Positions 12,548 through 25,394 of a DNA stretch of 64,000 nt are shown in pieces. A model generated the notes under the pieces. That model was not told the origin of the DNA. It worked only from the letters and a program-made list of their open reading frames with translations, and searched no databases. Origin of the DNA: Hydrolagus colliei (taxonomy: Eukaryota). Numbering within the stretch: position 1 is the stretch's first letter; every line of letters starts with the position of its first letter. The stretch lies in assembly GCA_035084275.1 (NCBI GenBank), contig CM068747.1, positions 17,608,001-17,672,000 on the forward strand. Reading direction: 5' to 3'. Made by a program: the position numbers and the translations under genes.

Positions 12548-14287
12548 ATGGATGCCAAACTAGCTGTGTAAAGTGCTCTGCAATGTCTAGGTTTGAAAGG
12601 TGCTATGTAAATGTAAATTGTATTTTGTATTGTAATATACTATACTGCCTTATTCCATGAACATAATCCTTATATTGCCCTATTATTTTGATAATGTATG
12701 TTTGTAAATAAACACTACATTATAAAGAATCCCAACTTAAAAAAAAACTAGAATCACATTTTGATTTTCTGTATTTAGATCACTCAGAATAAAGCTTTGC
12801 ACACCCTAAATTCATGGATATTTTGTGGTTTGGGCTGAGAATAAACTGGACTGTAATTACCAGAACAGAATTCCATTTTAAACATCAGCACATCTTACAA
12901 CAAGTTGACCTCCATTTGTTGGAGTTTTTATTGGGTAAAAATATTCTTTTGCTATAACCATCGTGTCTACCTGCTGGAACACAGCCACAATTCCCTCATC
13001 AGTGTGAATCACTAACTATTCCCTATGTTAAAATCCATTAATAACTGAGTAAATTAGGCCTTCACATCATGTTCAGTCAGGCCACCACTTTTGTAATAAC
13101 ATGGCAATTCATTAGGATCAAACTAATTAATGCGTAATGACTATATGAAAACATCTATGGCAATGCATTTTAATTTTAGTGCAAGTAAATTGTAATATAA
13201 TATGTTAATATAATATATTATTCAATGCAAGGATTATATTATTCATTTAATTTAGTTAATTTGTCTATGTATTTGTCAGAAATAATTGATATCCTGAAAG
13301 AAAAAACATGAAACCATATTACTTTTTGATTTTATGAAATTACACATTATTTGCAGTAAAGTATGTCATTCATAGCCTTTGGCCCATTTAATAAATATAA
13401 AAAGAGAAATATGCTGAGGCATAACTCTCAACGCTGCAATTCAACAGAATGGTTTTGTTGACAACATCAACGAAACCCTAAAGTGTTTTGTGAAAATTAA
13501 ATTGATGTGTAAAGACACTGCCACACAATTTTATTCCGTAAAAAATTCAATCTATAATTTTGATTTTTTTCTTAATAGTTGGCATTTTTTCTTTAATAGT
13601 TCAACTATTATATCATGAATGTAGCAGAATCAACTTCGTCAAGCGCACACAGTAAAAAAGAGCAATGAAGTGGCTGCATAGTATTGGCCCAGATTTTCAC
13701 CAAATAGGTTCAGATTGAATCAGACCCAATTAATCTCATACTTCCAGAATACCCACCATGCTTAAGAGCATCCAACCCAAACTGAGAGTTGTGTGCATCC
13801 CACCTACACCTGGAAATTCCAGAAATGTTTACTGGAGTGGAATGCACACTCTCTCCCAGAGAATTGGGGACCCCCACAGTGTATGTAGGGGTATCGCTGG
13901 AGTCTAACCAGCTAAAACCGCATACCTTGGCATTAAGACCACTGTCTGGCAAGTTTTCCTAATACTTGTCCAGCTTTAGTCCACCCAATCTGTTAGGACT
14001 TTGCCTTGCATAGTTAACAGGATCTGAGCAGGAAGAGCCCTACCTCCAGTGAATGGTCTGCCCTTCCAAGTGAGCCTGTTGATGAGCAGCCTGATTAAAC
14101 TATCTTGGCCAGTGACTTGGACTATTGGAACTGGACTATTGAGACTGCCATAGAGGGTATCCTGACATTCCATTGGAAAATATCACCTCAGAGCCAGATC
14201 GGCATCAAGGAAACCCAGCTTGCCTCCCCCTGGAGGTTAGTTACTATCATTTTCTTAAAAAGTTCATCTTCCTGGCTTCAACCACCC

Positions 14288-14390
14288 TACTTATTTAATA
14301 TCTTGAGGGCAGTGAATAATTACAGTTAAAACTGAAAACTGTGTTTTCTGGACTGTTGTTATTCGCTGCCCTCAAGACATTAAATAAGTA
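14288..14390. repeat. 103-bp palindromic (hairpin) element, MITE-like
   Basis: 39-bp inverted arms 14288-14326 / 14352-14390 with 4 mismatches, inner gaaaac/gttttc stem, TA at both ends. Confidence 0.85.
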
Positions 14391-14930
14391 AAATATCTTA
14401 TCTTCCAAAAAGATAAAAGCCCTATGATATTTCTCAGTGTCCTCTGCAAACATAATTGAACAAAAACCCCAGGATATCAGCCTTATATCACAACCTATAT
14501 TCTTACAGTTCTTACCAGTTAGGTTCCAAGATGACATTTCCACAATCCCAAAAGACACAATCATGGTGCACCATAAAGTAATCAGTCATCCTTCTCTATA
14601 CTCAGCACAACCTTTGATCCAATTATATCTCTGCCTTTTGGCTGAACTGAAGTGTGTTCAGTAAGTTAAATTGAAACTTCTCAATGACTACGTCTAATCA
14701 AATATTTTTCCATTTCCAAACGTATATTGGATTTGTTTTCATCTTTGTGTGCATAGGATTGCTTTCAAAGCTATCAATGTAATTCTTAATAAGGAATTGA
14801 GTTATTCAAATGAAGATTCCTTCCTGCAACTGGCTTCTTTAATAAGGAATCCCATTAAAATATTGCCAATTAAATCCATTGTAAATACTTGAAATAATCT
14901 ACCAATCCAACTAACAGTAAACATCCCATA

Positions 14931-15712
14931 AACAACAACACAATTACTTTTATAGAGCGCCTTTCACGTCAGGAGAATGTCCCAAAGCGCTGAACAGTTA
15001 GGTCGGGACCCGAGCACGGTGGGAAGGGTTGGGGAAGAGGAAGGAGAGTAGGAGAGGTGGAAGAATTAGGTGGGGAGCAGAAGGCACAGTTGAAGAGGAA
15101 GGTCTTGAAACCAGCCTTGAAGGAGGTAAGAGGGGAAGTGATGCAAAGGGATTGCGGGATGGAGTTCAACAGTGTGGGAGCAGAGAGGCTGAAACCCCGG
15201 CTACTGATGGTGGGGCGGTTAGGGCGGTGGACGTGGAGCAGGTCAGAGCCTGCTGAGTGGAGGGGACAGGCGGGCTGAGAGGGAGACAACAGGTTGGAGA
15301 GATAGGCGGGGGCAAGGCCGTGAATGGCCTTGTAGGTGAGGACAGGATCTTGAACTCAATCTTCTGGAGGATGGGGAGCAGTGGAGATGGCCGAGTGTGG
15401 GAGTGATGTGGTCATGGAGCCTGGTTAGGGAGAGTACATGAATTGCAGAGTTCTGAACAATCTGCAGCCTGTGAAGGGAGGAGCTAGGAAGGCCGACGAG
15501 GAGAGAGTTCCCGTAGTCAAGCCTGGAAGTGATAAAGGCGTGGATGAGAGTTTCGGTGTCTTGTGGGGTGAGGTAGTGGCGAAGTCTGACAATATTGCGG
15601 AGAAGGTAGAAGGCTGTACTGATCATGGAGCGGATATAAGGGAGGAAGGACAGTTTGGGGTCAAATGAGACGCCCAGATTGCTGACTGGCTTCGAGAGGT
15701 AGAGAGAGCAGC
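14931..15712 (-). mobile_element. L2 LINE 3' fragment
   Basis: Minus ORFs 15243-15626 and 14969-15289 carry ETLIHAFITSRLDYGNSLL and SFKAGFKTFLF; (AAC)n tail. Confidence 0.94.
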
Positions 15713-15965
15713 CTTGGATAAAGTATACAAGTCACAAATCAAGCTTTGTGAAATGTACCTATTTCACAAATTATCCAAACTATACAAAAAAGTGTCTCAA
15801 CATGAAGCACTTTGAGAACCATATACAGAACAATGTTTTAATTCCTTTAGCCTGATATCTATAAAGTATCCTCATTTCAAAGTGGGAGATTTTTCAAGTG
15901 TAAAAAGGCTTCCATAGAGGCATAGGATTGTATAGGACCGCCAAAGACTAATGTGTTAAATCTCG

Positions 15966-16044
15966 AACAAACAATAACAACAACAACAACAACAATTTAC
16001 ATTTATAGAGTGCCTTTCACGTCGGGAGGACGTCCCAAGGCGCT
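15966..16044 (-). mobile_element. Tail-only L2 insertion
   Basis: (AAC)n + tttacatttatagagtgcctttcacgtcgggaggacgtcccaaggcgct. Confidence 0.85.
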
Positions 16045-16699
16045 ATTAAACATTGCCCTGATTTGACTTTGTTGAAAGAGAGATAAGACGTTATTTTCAA
16101 GGATCGAGAAAATGTAGTGGAAGAAGCAGGCTGGTAGATAAAAATAAATAGACATCTAAACAAAAAAAATTCGATTTTCATCCAAAATCACTATTTTTTA
16201 AAACAAGTAAAATAATCTATTCTCGCAAAATCAATGTTTTTAGCAGTCTTGTCATGTCACTAACGGGTTCCATCAAATTGTAAGGATATATCTTGATTCC
16301 AACTATTTTTGACCCAATGCCACCCTACATTGTTGAAAACAAGTCAGGAATAAAACCATCAAAAAGCAACACTGACTTCTGCCAGCAAGTGCATACAAGA
16401 TGATTTATAAAAGATTAAAAGCTAAAGTAAGGAGAAACTGTACAATGAAAGTTCCAAAGTTGGAGCCAACCAATCCATATAAATTTGCCCACAGGCATGA
16501 TAAAAAGACAATTTCAAGAAATGGAGGCACAAAATGTAGTTTCAGTGACTTTCATAAATACAATACAGTTATTTGCTATTTCTTTCCACCATTAAAATGG
16601 AATTTCTGGTAGGTGTTGAGTAGCAGTGATGAAGAATAATAGAGAGAGAAAAAAATAGGAACAAAAAGAGACAAGAAAAGCAAACTTGCCGAGTCCAAT

Positions 16700-17014
16700 T
16701 AATAATAATAAATCTTGATTTGGCATAAAGATTTTCAAGTCTTCTAGACATCTCAAAACACTTCACAGAATAAACTGTAAGATGAATTGACTGTATATTT
16801 GTAGGCGAAATGCAGCAGCCAATCGCACACAGCAGTGTCCCACAAACAGTCATAGATTGAAGTGACCAATTTATTACTGGGGGGTTTTCTTGAGGGATTA
16901 TTGTCAGGCGTGTGGAGTAAGGAAACTTGCCTAAGGTTTTGCCCTGGTGGGAATCAAACCCAAGTTTCTTGCTTTTGAGGCGAGCGCTCTAACCACTGAG
17001 CTACAAGACTCCAC
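16700..17014 (-). mobile_element. tRNA-headed SINE, full length
   Basis: Head, core and tail all recognisable. Confidence 0.9.
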
Positions 17015-17556
17015 AATTGGTTCTAATTCAAACGATAGGTGTGGAAAAATATAGATAGATAGGGATAGCTGCAAACAAAGTTTTGTTGTTGTTGTTGTGG
17101 AACTTCTTGTTAGTCAGAGACATTGCCCTTTATTCCTGTTCTTCGTTTCCTATTTTCTTGCCATCTCTCAAACCGCTCTATTCCCTCACCCTTGATTCCA
17201 CGTGCCCTGATTTTACCCATGAGCTGAAATAGGATTTCTACCAATTTCTGCAGTATGGAATCTTATCTGAAAGCACACAGTTTGGACCTCCTATGTAGAA
17301 CAAATATGGTAGTTCAAATACACAACTACTTTTTGCTCTCCATTGTATTATTTCCTGCACACAAATTTCAGTATTTTAGCAGAAGCTTCTTGGGAAACAC
17401 ATAATCATCTCTCATGATATGAGAGTTTGGATCGGACAAACCCCTTGAGTTTTTTTCTTTCTCTGTGTAGTAATCTTGGATTTGTTCGCTCTGCAAATGT
17501 TGGTCTCATGGCATATATTTGCAGGAGTGAACCATTCTGCCACTAGGAACAAAACA

Positions 17557-17858
17557 AATAATAATCCTTGCATTTGATATAGTGCTTTTCACATCTTCTA
17601 GATATCTCAAAGCACTTCACAGATATACTGTAAAGTGAATTGACTGCATATTTGTGGGCAAAACGCAGCAACCAATTGAGGACAGCAATGTTCCATAAAC
17701 AATCGTGGATTGAAATGACCCAATTTTTTTTGAGGGATTATTATTAGGTGTGTGGAGTAAAAAAGCTTGCCCAAGGTTTTGTCCTGAACTGCCTGGATTC
17801 GAACACAGGTCTCATGCATGTAAGGTGAGTGCTCTAACCACTGAGCTGCAGGACTCCA
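17557..17858 (-). mobile_element. tRNA-headed SINE, full length
   Basis: A box and intact B box (gttcgaatcc on the minus strand), core, tail. Confidence 0.92.
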
Positions 17859-18066
17859 GGACAAATAAATTCACAGTTTAGTTTGTTAGGAGGGAAACTG
17901 TGTATGGTAAGAAACAAACAGTTACCACCCTCTACTACAATTTGATATGATATGATTTATGCCAGTAGAGTTTGAGGTCAAGCCAATCTCTTGTTTTGCT
18001 TCTTTTAATGGTTCAGCTAGAGCAAAAATTCACTTCCTGTGAAATTCTGGAAGCAAATCAGTATTA

Positions 18067-18596
18067 CAGTAAAAGCCTGTTTATTCATGACCCAATCAAT
18101 CATAACTTCCGTATAACCGGCACCTCAAAAAAAAGGTCCCCATTCGAACAACCGCATCTTATCCGGCACAATCGTGGTGGCGGATTTTTTTCCCTCGTAT
18201 CGGTATTTCGGAATGTTGCTACTAGTGCATGAAGATGGCGCTGCCATTTCTTTCCCTCACATTGGTATTTCAGCTTGCCGCTAGTAGAGCCTTAAAGTCA
18301 AGCAAGTTTCCCTTGCGTCGGCCATTGTAGAAGATAGACTGCACACCTCTACCCCAGCATCATGGCTTCAAACCAGGCATCTACCAGCAAAGGTGATTTT
18401 TAGGTGAATTTTTAGGTGAATAACAAAGGTCTGTTATCATCTGTCATTATTTAGTCTATTATTAATATGGTATGTGTTAAAATAAGTTAATTTTTTTGTG
18501 TTGGGTTTTCCACATCGGATCCGCCCGAATATCCAGCATGTCATTTAACCAGCATTGGCCAGGTCCCAAGGGTGCCGGATAAACGGGTCTTTACTG
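18067..18596. mobile_element. Tc1/mariner-pogo (Tigger-like) MITE
   Basis: TA|cagtaaaagcctgtttatt ... ataaacgggtctttactg|TA; TA TSD and CAGT termini. Confidence 0.85.
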
Positions 18597-20877
18597 TATA
18601 TCATTCAGTGCATTAATGCATCAGTGTACATTGTCATCAGGCCAACACATACATAAACTAGAACTAAATAACAACAATTCATAATGTAATATGTTCTGCA
18701 TTTTTCATCGGTGGTGGAGGGGTTTGAGTGCCATATGAAAACTTTTGTTTTACTTTCATTGTATTAATGCTCAGCTAACACAACTGTGGCAAACTAAAGA
18801 TAAATCTATTGGTGAAAAGCATAATCTAAGCTACATGCTAAAGCAGAAGCTAAACTACAAACTAGTGCATTGCAATGGAACGCTGAACTTAAAGTTGACC
18901 TTTGAATACTACTGTACCAAATTGGATAAAACTATCAATGTTTCATACAATACCATCAGCACTGGTTTCATTGCAAACACATCAGCAACTAAGATTCATT
19001 TTGTTTCTTGATTTTTACATGACGGTAGAAGATGAATGGTTAGCTAGCGAGCTGAAAATATTAGATTTTGCCTGCACATTCATCTGTAGCACAAGCAGAT
19101 CTGTTTGTGAATGAAAGGATAATTTCTAATGCAAGCACAAAAGCTTGTAAGCAAAAAGACAGAAAATGCATATAACACTACGTAGCACCGTGCAACATTT
19201 ATATGCAAAATCAGCACAGTATTACAGCATGTCATATGCAACATATTTCCAGCAAAATGTATGAGGTTGTTTCTCTCAAAACCTACAAAATGAGTCGCGA
19301 TTGCATACACAAGAATGTTTAACACTCAAGAGTTCCAGGAAGAGAATATTGCACCAATTGTAGATAGGGGGTCTTTGAACCAATGTCAGAAATGCATCAG
19401 TTTCATGCTGAGCTGGCCTTTACTATAACTGAATTTGAACTTGTTGTCTTGCCATTCCATCAAGCTGTCAGTCGTTGACACTCAATCACGTGGACTCCAG
19501 ATATAGTGAAGTTCCCATCAGAGGTAAGTTTTTTGCGGCAAATCAAATTGAATTATAAAATTGCTTTCTTTCACCAGAAGTATAATTCTGGAAACAGTGA
19601 TAACTGCAAAATATACTCAGATTATTACTAAAAAAAATACATCTCCCCTTTTGGAACTAGCTACTTAAGTTGCCTTCTGTAAGCAATGAGAAGCACTCTG
19701 AGACTCCATGCATTTCTTGGTGAGAAGTCAAACAGGGCACACTCTGGTCTTCAGTCATCTGAAACAGCACAATCATCACAGGAAATACAGGCAAACCGAA
19801 AACAATTTTCTCCTCTGTTATAGAATCAGTCACCGGAGCCAATTCTGCAAACAATCAATTGGACTCTAATCTGACCTCACTCATTTCTCATTGGAAGGTC
19901 GGAGGGGTGTGGGGTGTTATAAAAGGAGCGATATGGAAAGCACTACACCCCAATGAAACACTGCATATTAATACATGGGCACAATCATCCCACTGGTTCC
20001 CTGAATCTGCTTCAGGACAATGTTCTTTTTCACCATAGAATATCCAAAACGTATCTATCATTAATTCAAACTATGTCTCAGTGAGGTAGGAATATTATTA
20101 CAGAAATAATGTTCTGATGATGTTTTAGTTGGTTAATCACTGCAATTTTAAAATGTGTTTCACCATCACATTGTGTGACCTGACAAAATGAAAAAACAGT
20201 CAGCCCACAGAGACATGTCTCCACAAATCTGTAGGCAGTCTCCTGACTAATGAAGCTCAGCTTAATATAAACTGATCGTGTAAGCAATGCTTTTGTGATT
20301 ATCTATTTCACCAGAGGGATTTCACCTGCTTCAACTCTAATCAATGCAGTTGTTTGAAGCACCACTGTCTGAAGATATTACTAGTCTCCTTCTAGGGTTA
20401 CTTCACGGTAGAGTAAATTTGTACAAAAGTACGCTATTATTGAAGTACGATTTCAAGCTTGTGTTGCATGGAAAGGAGGCATTTCAGTGGATTAATGTTG
20501 CTCGGAAAAGTTTTAACAAAGTCAAGAAGATTATTTCGTATAATCTGTCACAATTCCTTTCGGTCCAGTACTTCATGTTATATTGTTCATGGACACTTTA
20601 GAACGTACTTACTCTGATTCACATGGATGGATCCAAGCATAGCGTTGCTTTTGTTTCCTCCGCACTCACTGATGCAGAAAAAAATGTTGTGAAGCGGGGA
20701 TGAAGCTCTTTCAGGTTGGTGAGCTGTTGAAAGCTCCTTTCATAGTTATGGAGAGAAAGTTTATCTTAAATGCTGATCATCACATGTCAACAGTCAACTC
20801 ATACACCCAAACACTGCAATGGAAAAATGGACTTTGAACAATGGTCGTTGAAAGTAAATCCCTTATGATGTGCAACC

Positions 20878-20936
20878 AAAAACAACAACAACAAGATTAC
20901 ATTTGTAGTGGGTCTTTTATGTCGGGAGGATGTTCC
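20878..20936 (-). mobile_element. Tail-only L2 insertion
   Basis: (AAC)n + gattacatttgtag..tgtcgggaggatgttcc. Confidence 0.7.
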
Positions 20937-21212
20937 AATATCAAATAATGTTCAATATCAAATAAGTTCACAGATGATTGCTGACTGCTTATTCAGATAC
21001 TGTTTGAAGATGACATGCAGCAGCATAGTGCAAAGACAATTGCTATGCTCACGAATCGCTTCAATGCATTTGAGAGGATGGATTTTGAGCTATTTGCGTT
21101 TCTTATTCATTATTGAGATTAATGATCTGGCTCCCAAGAGTTATCAAAAGGACACAGCAAAGACTATTTGACCTATACCAGGAGCAAGAATGGATTGTTA
21201 CTATTCTTATTA

Positions 21213-21572
21213 CAGTAAAAGCTTGGTTATCCAGGCTCCTTGGGACCTAACCGATGCCGTTTAATCAAATATGCCGGATATTCAAGCAGCAAGTTGCCGA
21301 AAATCCTACACAAAAAATTAACTGATTTTAAAACAAATATTAATAATGGACTAAATAATAACAGAATATTGTATGGATACTTACCAAGAAAGCATTTCGG
21401 CACACTCGGTAAAATGATCGGTAAAATAAAAAGTCCAGCGTTTGTTAAGTTTAATAAGTGTCCCGGATGGCTCCGGTATGAGATTTGTTTGCTGGAATGA
21501 TGAATTGTATTGGAGATATTGGTTGGTTGAGCATTCCGGTTGGTTGGGTGCCGAATAAACAAGCTTTTACTG
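21213..21572. mobile_element. Tc1/mariner-pogo (Tigger-like) MITE, relative of 18067-18596 in opposite orientation
   Basis: TA|cagtaaaagcttggttat ... ataaacaagcttttactg|TA; first ~150 nt match the reverse complement of the right end of the 18-kb element. Confidence 0.88.
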
Positions 21573-22694
21573 TATTAAGAATAGATTGTCATGCAGAACA
21601 GTCCATTAGAGAATCTGTTACTTGCTAGCATTTACTACAGCACCATATCTATTCTATTTTATTGCTAGAATAAAAATAGGACAAAATTGCTTTTGATAAT
21701 AGGACTTCTTGAATTTCTGGCTCAGTGCTGCTTTACTGCAGGAAATGGCTTGAAGTCACAGTTGTTTGAAGACATGTACACAAAGATTGGCATTAACTTG
21801 TAGAGTTTGCTCTCCAACAGAGAGAAACATCTTAAATAACCATTTTTGTCGAATGGTCTCAGTCATTTACCAGGAATTCATTGAATTCATGCAACTGACA
21901 GTAATAAAATGGTATTATTAGTATATTCCCCCATGGCAAATAAGGAAACAAAATACAGTACTTGCAGCTTTGAAGTACTGCTTAAAACTGCTTCCCTTGA
22001 AGTATCACTGAGTAAACCTTTTTGTTCACATGTATTTAATGCATGTTAGATAAAATCAAAACTGCTCAATTCAAGACAAATACATACATAGTGAATTATT
22101 ATTGAGGCAGCTATGCCAAGCATAATTGCCCATGATGTGCATGATCAAATGGAAAAGAAACAGAGAATAGTATGACAGATACAGTACTAATACATTAGAA
22201 GTGTGATGATTTAGTACAGTGCAGAAACCTTGGAAAACAAAGGTGTGAATCTAATTTTCAGTTTCCAGAACAATTATCGCAAGAAAAAAGCTACATAACC
22301 TCAAGATAGTGAGTAGAGGAACCTGCGACGTTATCTGCTAAGATAACTACAATCATACATCCAGTTTAGGATCATGGCCATTGTTTTGCTTTCAGCCCAT
22401 TTTGAGTCTAATAAAAGGTTTGTAAAACAGAACAGAATAACAGAACGAAAATACCTGTACCACCTACACAATATCCTGGTTTGATATCAAAGTTTGCTCA
22501 TGATTATGTTTTCTGAATTTGTTAGCAAATCATGCAATTGTAGGTGATGATTCCAATTAGCGCAGAAACTTCCAACATTGGAATGTTGCATTTTGGACCC
22601 AGTTGTGTGAGAGGCAAACGATCTCCAAAATGTTTACCGAGCAGTTTGTAGGAACCCAGTTGTTATTCAATCGACAGATTACATTCTGGGGACA

Positions 22695-22908
22695 ATAATT
22701 CCTTCAAAAAAGAATAATAATTTGGTCGCTCAATCCACGACTGTTTGTGGGACACTACTTTGCACAATTGGCTGCCAAGTTTCGCCCACAAAATATCCAG
22801 TCAATTCACTTTACAGTGAATTCTGTGAAGTGCTTTGAGATGTTTCGACAAGGTGATGAGGTGCTATATCACGGATGATATGCTAGGATAATAATTATTA
22901 TTATTATA
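22695..22908 (+). mobile_element. 5'-truncated SINE
   Basis: Core and tail with (ATT)n. Confidence 0.85.
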
Positions 22909-22977
22909 TTACACTTCAGAGGAAAGAAATATAAGCAACAATAATGTGCCATAATATACATAACACCCGCCAAATTA

Positions 22978-23840
22978 CCTAACTCCGCCAGTACCTCATC
23001 ATCCCTCCAAGGCCACTGAGACCATCATGAATGCCTTCATTGTTTCTAGGCTCAACTATGCCTACTCCCTGCTTCTTAGCCTTCCCTCCACAACTTGTAG
23101 ATCATCCAGAACTCTGCAGTCCATGTCCTCTCGCACACAAGGCTCCATGACCCCATGATCCCCACCCTTGCCTGGCCCCACTGACTCCCCATCCTTCAGA
23201 GTTCAAAATCTTCATCCTCACCTTCAAGGACTTCCACGGCCTTGCACCTTTTTACTTCTATAACCTACTGGCCCCCCTATCACCCTGTCCCACCGCTCAG
23301 CAGGCTCCAGCCTGTTCTATATCTTCCCCCTGGCCCACCCCACCACCAGTGGTTGGCCATTCAGCCACTATGCTCCACCCTTTGGAACTCTACCCCATAT
23401 TCTCTTCACCTCATTCCCTCGTTTGCCTCCTTCAAAGTCTCAAGACTCTCCTCTTCGACTGTCCCTTCAGCCACTCTCCTACCCTCCCTGTCCTCCACCC
23501 TCCCTTATCCCAATCCCCCCACCCCCACCTGCTGGGCTCCAAACCCTGACTGTCCAGCGCCTTGACAACAACAACAAAATTACACTTGAGTAGTGCCTTT
23601 TACGTTGGGAGGACGTCCCAAGGTGCCGGACAGCCACTGTGTCAGACCCGAGCTGGGGACAGGGTGGGGAGGGAAGGTGGGGGATTAGGAGTTGCCGATG
23701 GGACCATCGAAGAGGAGAGTTTTGAGGCAGGACTTGAAGGAGGCCAGGGATGGGGTTTCAGAGATTGGACGCAGAATGGCCAAAGGCTCACCCGCCAATG
23801 TCCTCTCGACATGTAACAGTTTACAAATGTAATTTTGTAT
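22978..23840 (+). mobile_element. L2 3' fragment whose tail is split by an antisense L2
   Basis: Tail stops at cagcgccttg (23564) and resumes atgtcctctcgacatg..aaatgtaattttg at about 23798. Confidence 0.85.
23565..23797 (-). mobile_element. Nested antisense L2 3' end
   Basis: (ACA)n tail, ggacgtcccaagg stem, gaagaggagagttttgaggcaggacttgaagg. Confidence 0.88.
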
Positions 23841-24780
23841 CATATTCACTCAGGATAATGTCTGAGACTTGAGTTAAAACAAGATTAAACACTTTACAGA
23901 ACTCAGCAGCCACATAAAAGGTTGTTTTTCTTAATTTACCAGCCACAGCTCCCTGGAAAACAACCAGTACATCACTTTTACTTTCATATGGTTAGTATTT
24001 TTCAGGCACTGCTGGGAAAATACATATTTATTCAATAGATACCATTCACAGGCAAAAGCAGTAATAAATCCACTAGCCACAATAGAGTAATAAAAATTGG
24101 TCACATATCCAAGCATAAAATCTGGACACTAAATTAGGTACGCATCCTTATGATACATTCCACTGGAAATTTAACAGTTACTGCTTCAGTTTCAACCTTC
24201 ACTGTAATTGCATACTAAATTGGATATTACAAGGTACAGATTTTAAGCAGAAATTAACATCTGAAAGTTCATTTGCCATTCATTATTATTAATCACCTTA
24301 CTAATCACTCACCAGAACCTAGAAAAAGACTGTTGATTGGCACTAGAAAATAGTATTGCGGAATTCAACTACCACCAGAACGCTAAAGGTATCTCAAAAA
24401 TATATGAAGATTCAGGTCTGTCACAATCTCAGCACACTGGGCCTCCCAATTCTATCAGCCAAACTTTCAGCACAATGTGAATCAATATTTTGGAGTGATG
24501 AGGTATAAAAGGATTTATGGAGTTCCAGCTTATTAATTCTTAATGTAACAATTTGGCTGTTGGCGTAATTTTAATCAATACAAGTTATTCCTAAAGTTAT
24601 TAATAAATCAACAGGGAAGACTTAGTGACAACAATATTAGAAGTTACAATTAGCAAAAGTATAATTAATTTTATTATGCACCTGTTTCTTTTTACCTGCT
24701 CAATATACCGTCAGAGCACGTGGAGTCAGGAGAAATGTAGAATGGATAGCAAGCTGGCTACAAGACAGAAAACAGAGAGA

Positions 24781-25135
24781 AGGGGTAATGATTATGCCTA
24801 TCAGAAAAGTTTGAACAAGCTCAGTCTAATTTCTCTTGAAAGGAGATGGGTGACGGATGACCTAATAGACATCTTTAAAATTATGAAAGGTTTTCTTAGG
24901 GTAAGCATAGAGAAGATGTTTCCACTTGGGGAGGGGTGGGGGGTAGACCAAAACCAAGAGCCATCAATATAAAATAGTCAACAATAAATCAAACAGGGAA
25001 GTTAGAAGAAACTTCTTTGCCCAGAGATTGATGAGAATGTGGAACTTGCTACCACAAAGAGTAGCTGAGGTGAATAACATAGATGTTTGCATGGAGCATA
25101 AACGCCAGCATTGGACCAGTTGGGCAGAATGACCA
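24781..25135 (+). mobile_element. CR1 LINE 3' fragment
   Basis: YQKSLNKLSLISLERRWVTDDLIDIFKIMKG (CR1 ORF2 L.LFSLE.RRLRGDLIEVFKI motif), FFAQR..RMWNLLP, CR1-type 3' UTR. Confidence 0.9.
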
Positions 25136-25171
25136 ATATGCAATTCGATTTAATATCAAATACTGGACCAC

Positions 25172-25232
25172 TACAACAACAACAAAATTACATTTATAGA
25201 ACACCTTTCATGTTGGGACGAAGTCCCAAGGC
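25172..25232 (-). mobile_element. Tail-only L2 insertion
   Basis: (AAC)n aaaattacatttatag..gtcccaaggca. Confidence 0.8.
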
Positions 25233-25394
25233 AACAATAAATTATAAGATTATATAGATCCAAAACATAATTCCAATATAATAATCCTTGCTCAACAACA
25301 CAAGCATGATGGTGGGTGGTGGATGCTGTATGATCATGTGTGTGATCCTCTTCCCCCGGAGGAGCGGGCTGACTGAGGGGAAAAAGGGTGAGTA

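Noticed and set aside
13686-14235. Higher-GC block starting ggcccagatttt, possibly an ancient DNA transposon
   Set aside because: Could not find a matching right TIR or TSD
19657-19854. 65-aa minus ORF with internal ttcag acceptor
   Set aside because: No recognisable homology and no good donor
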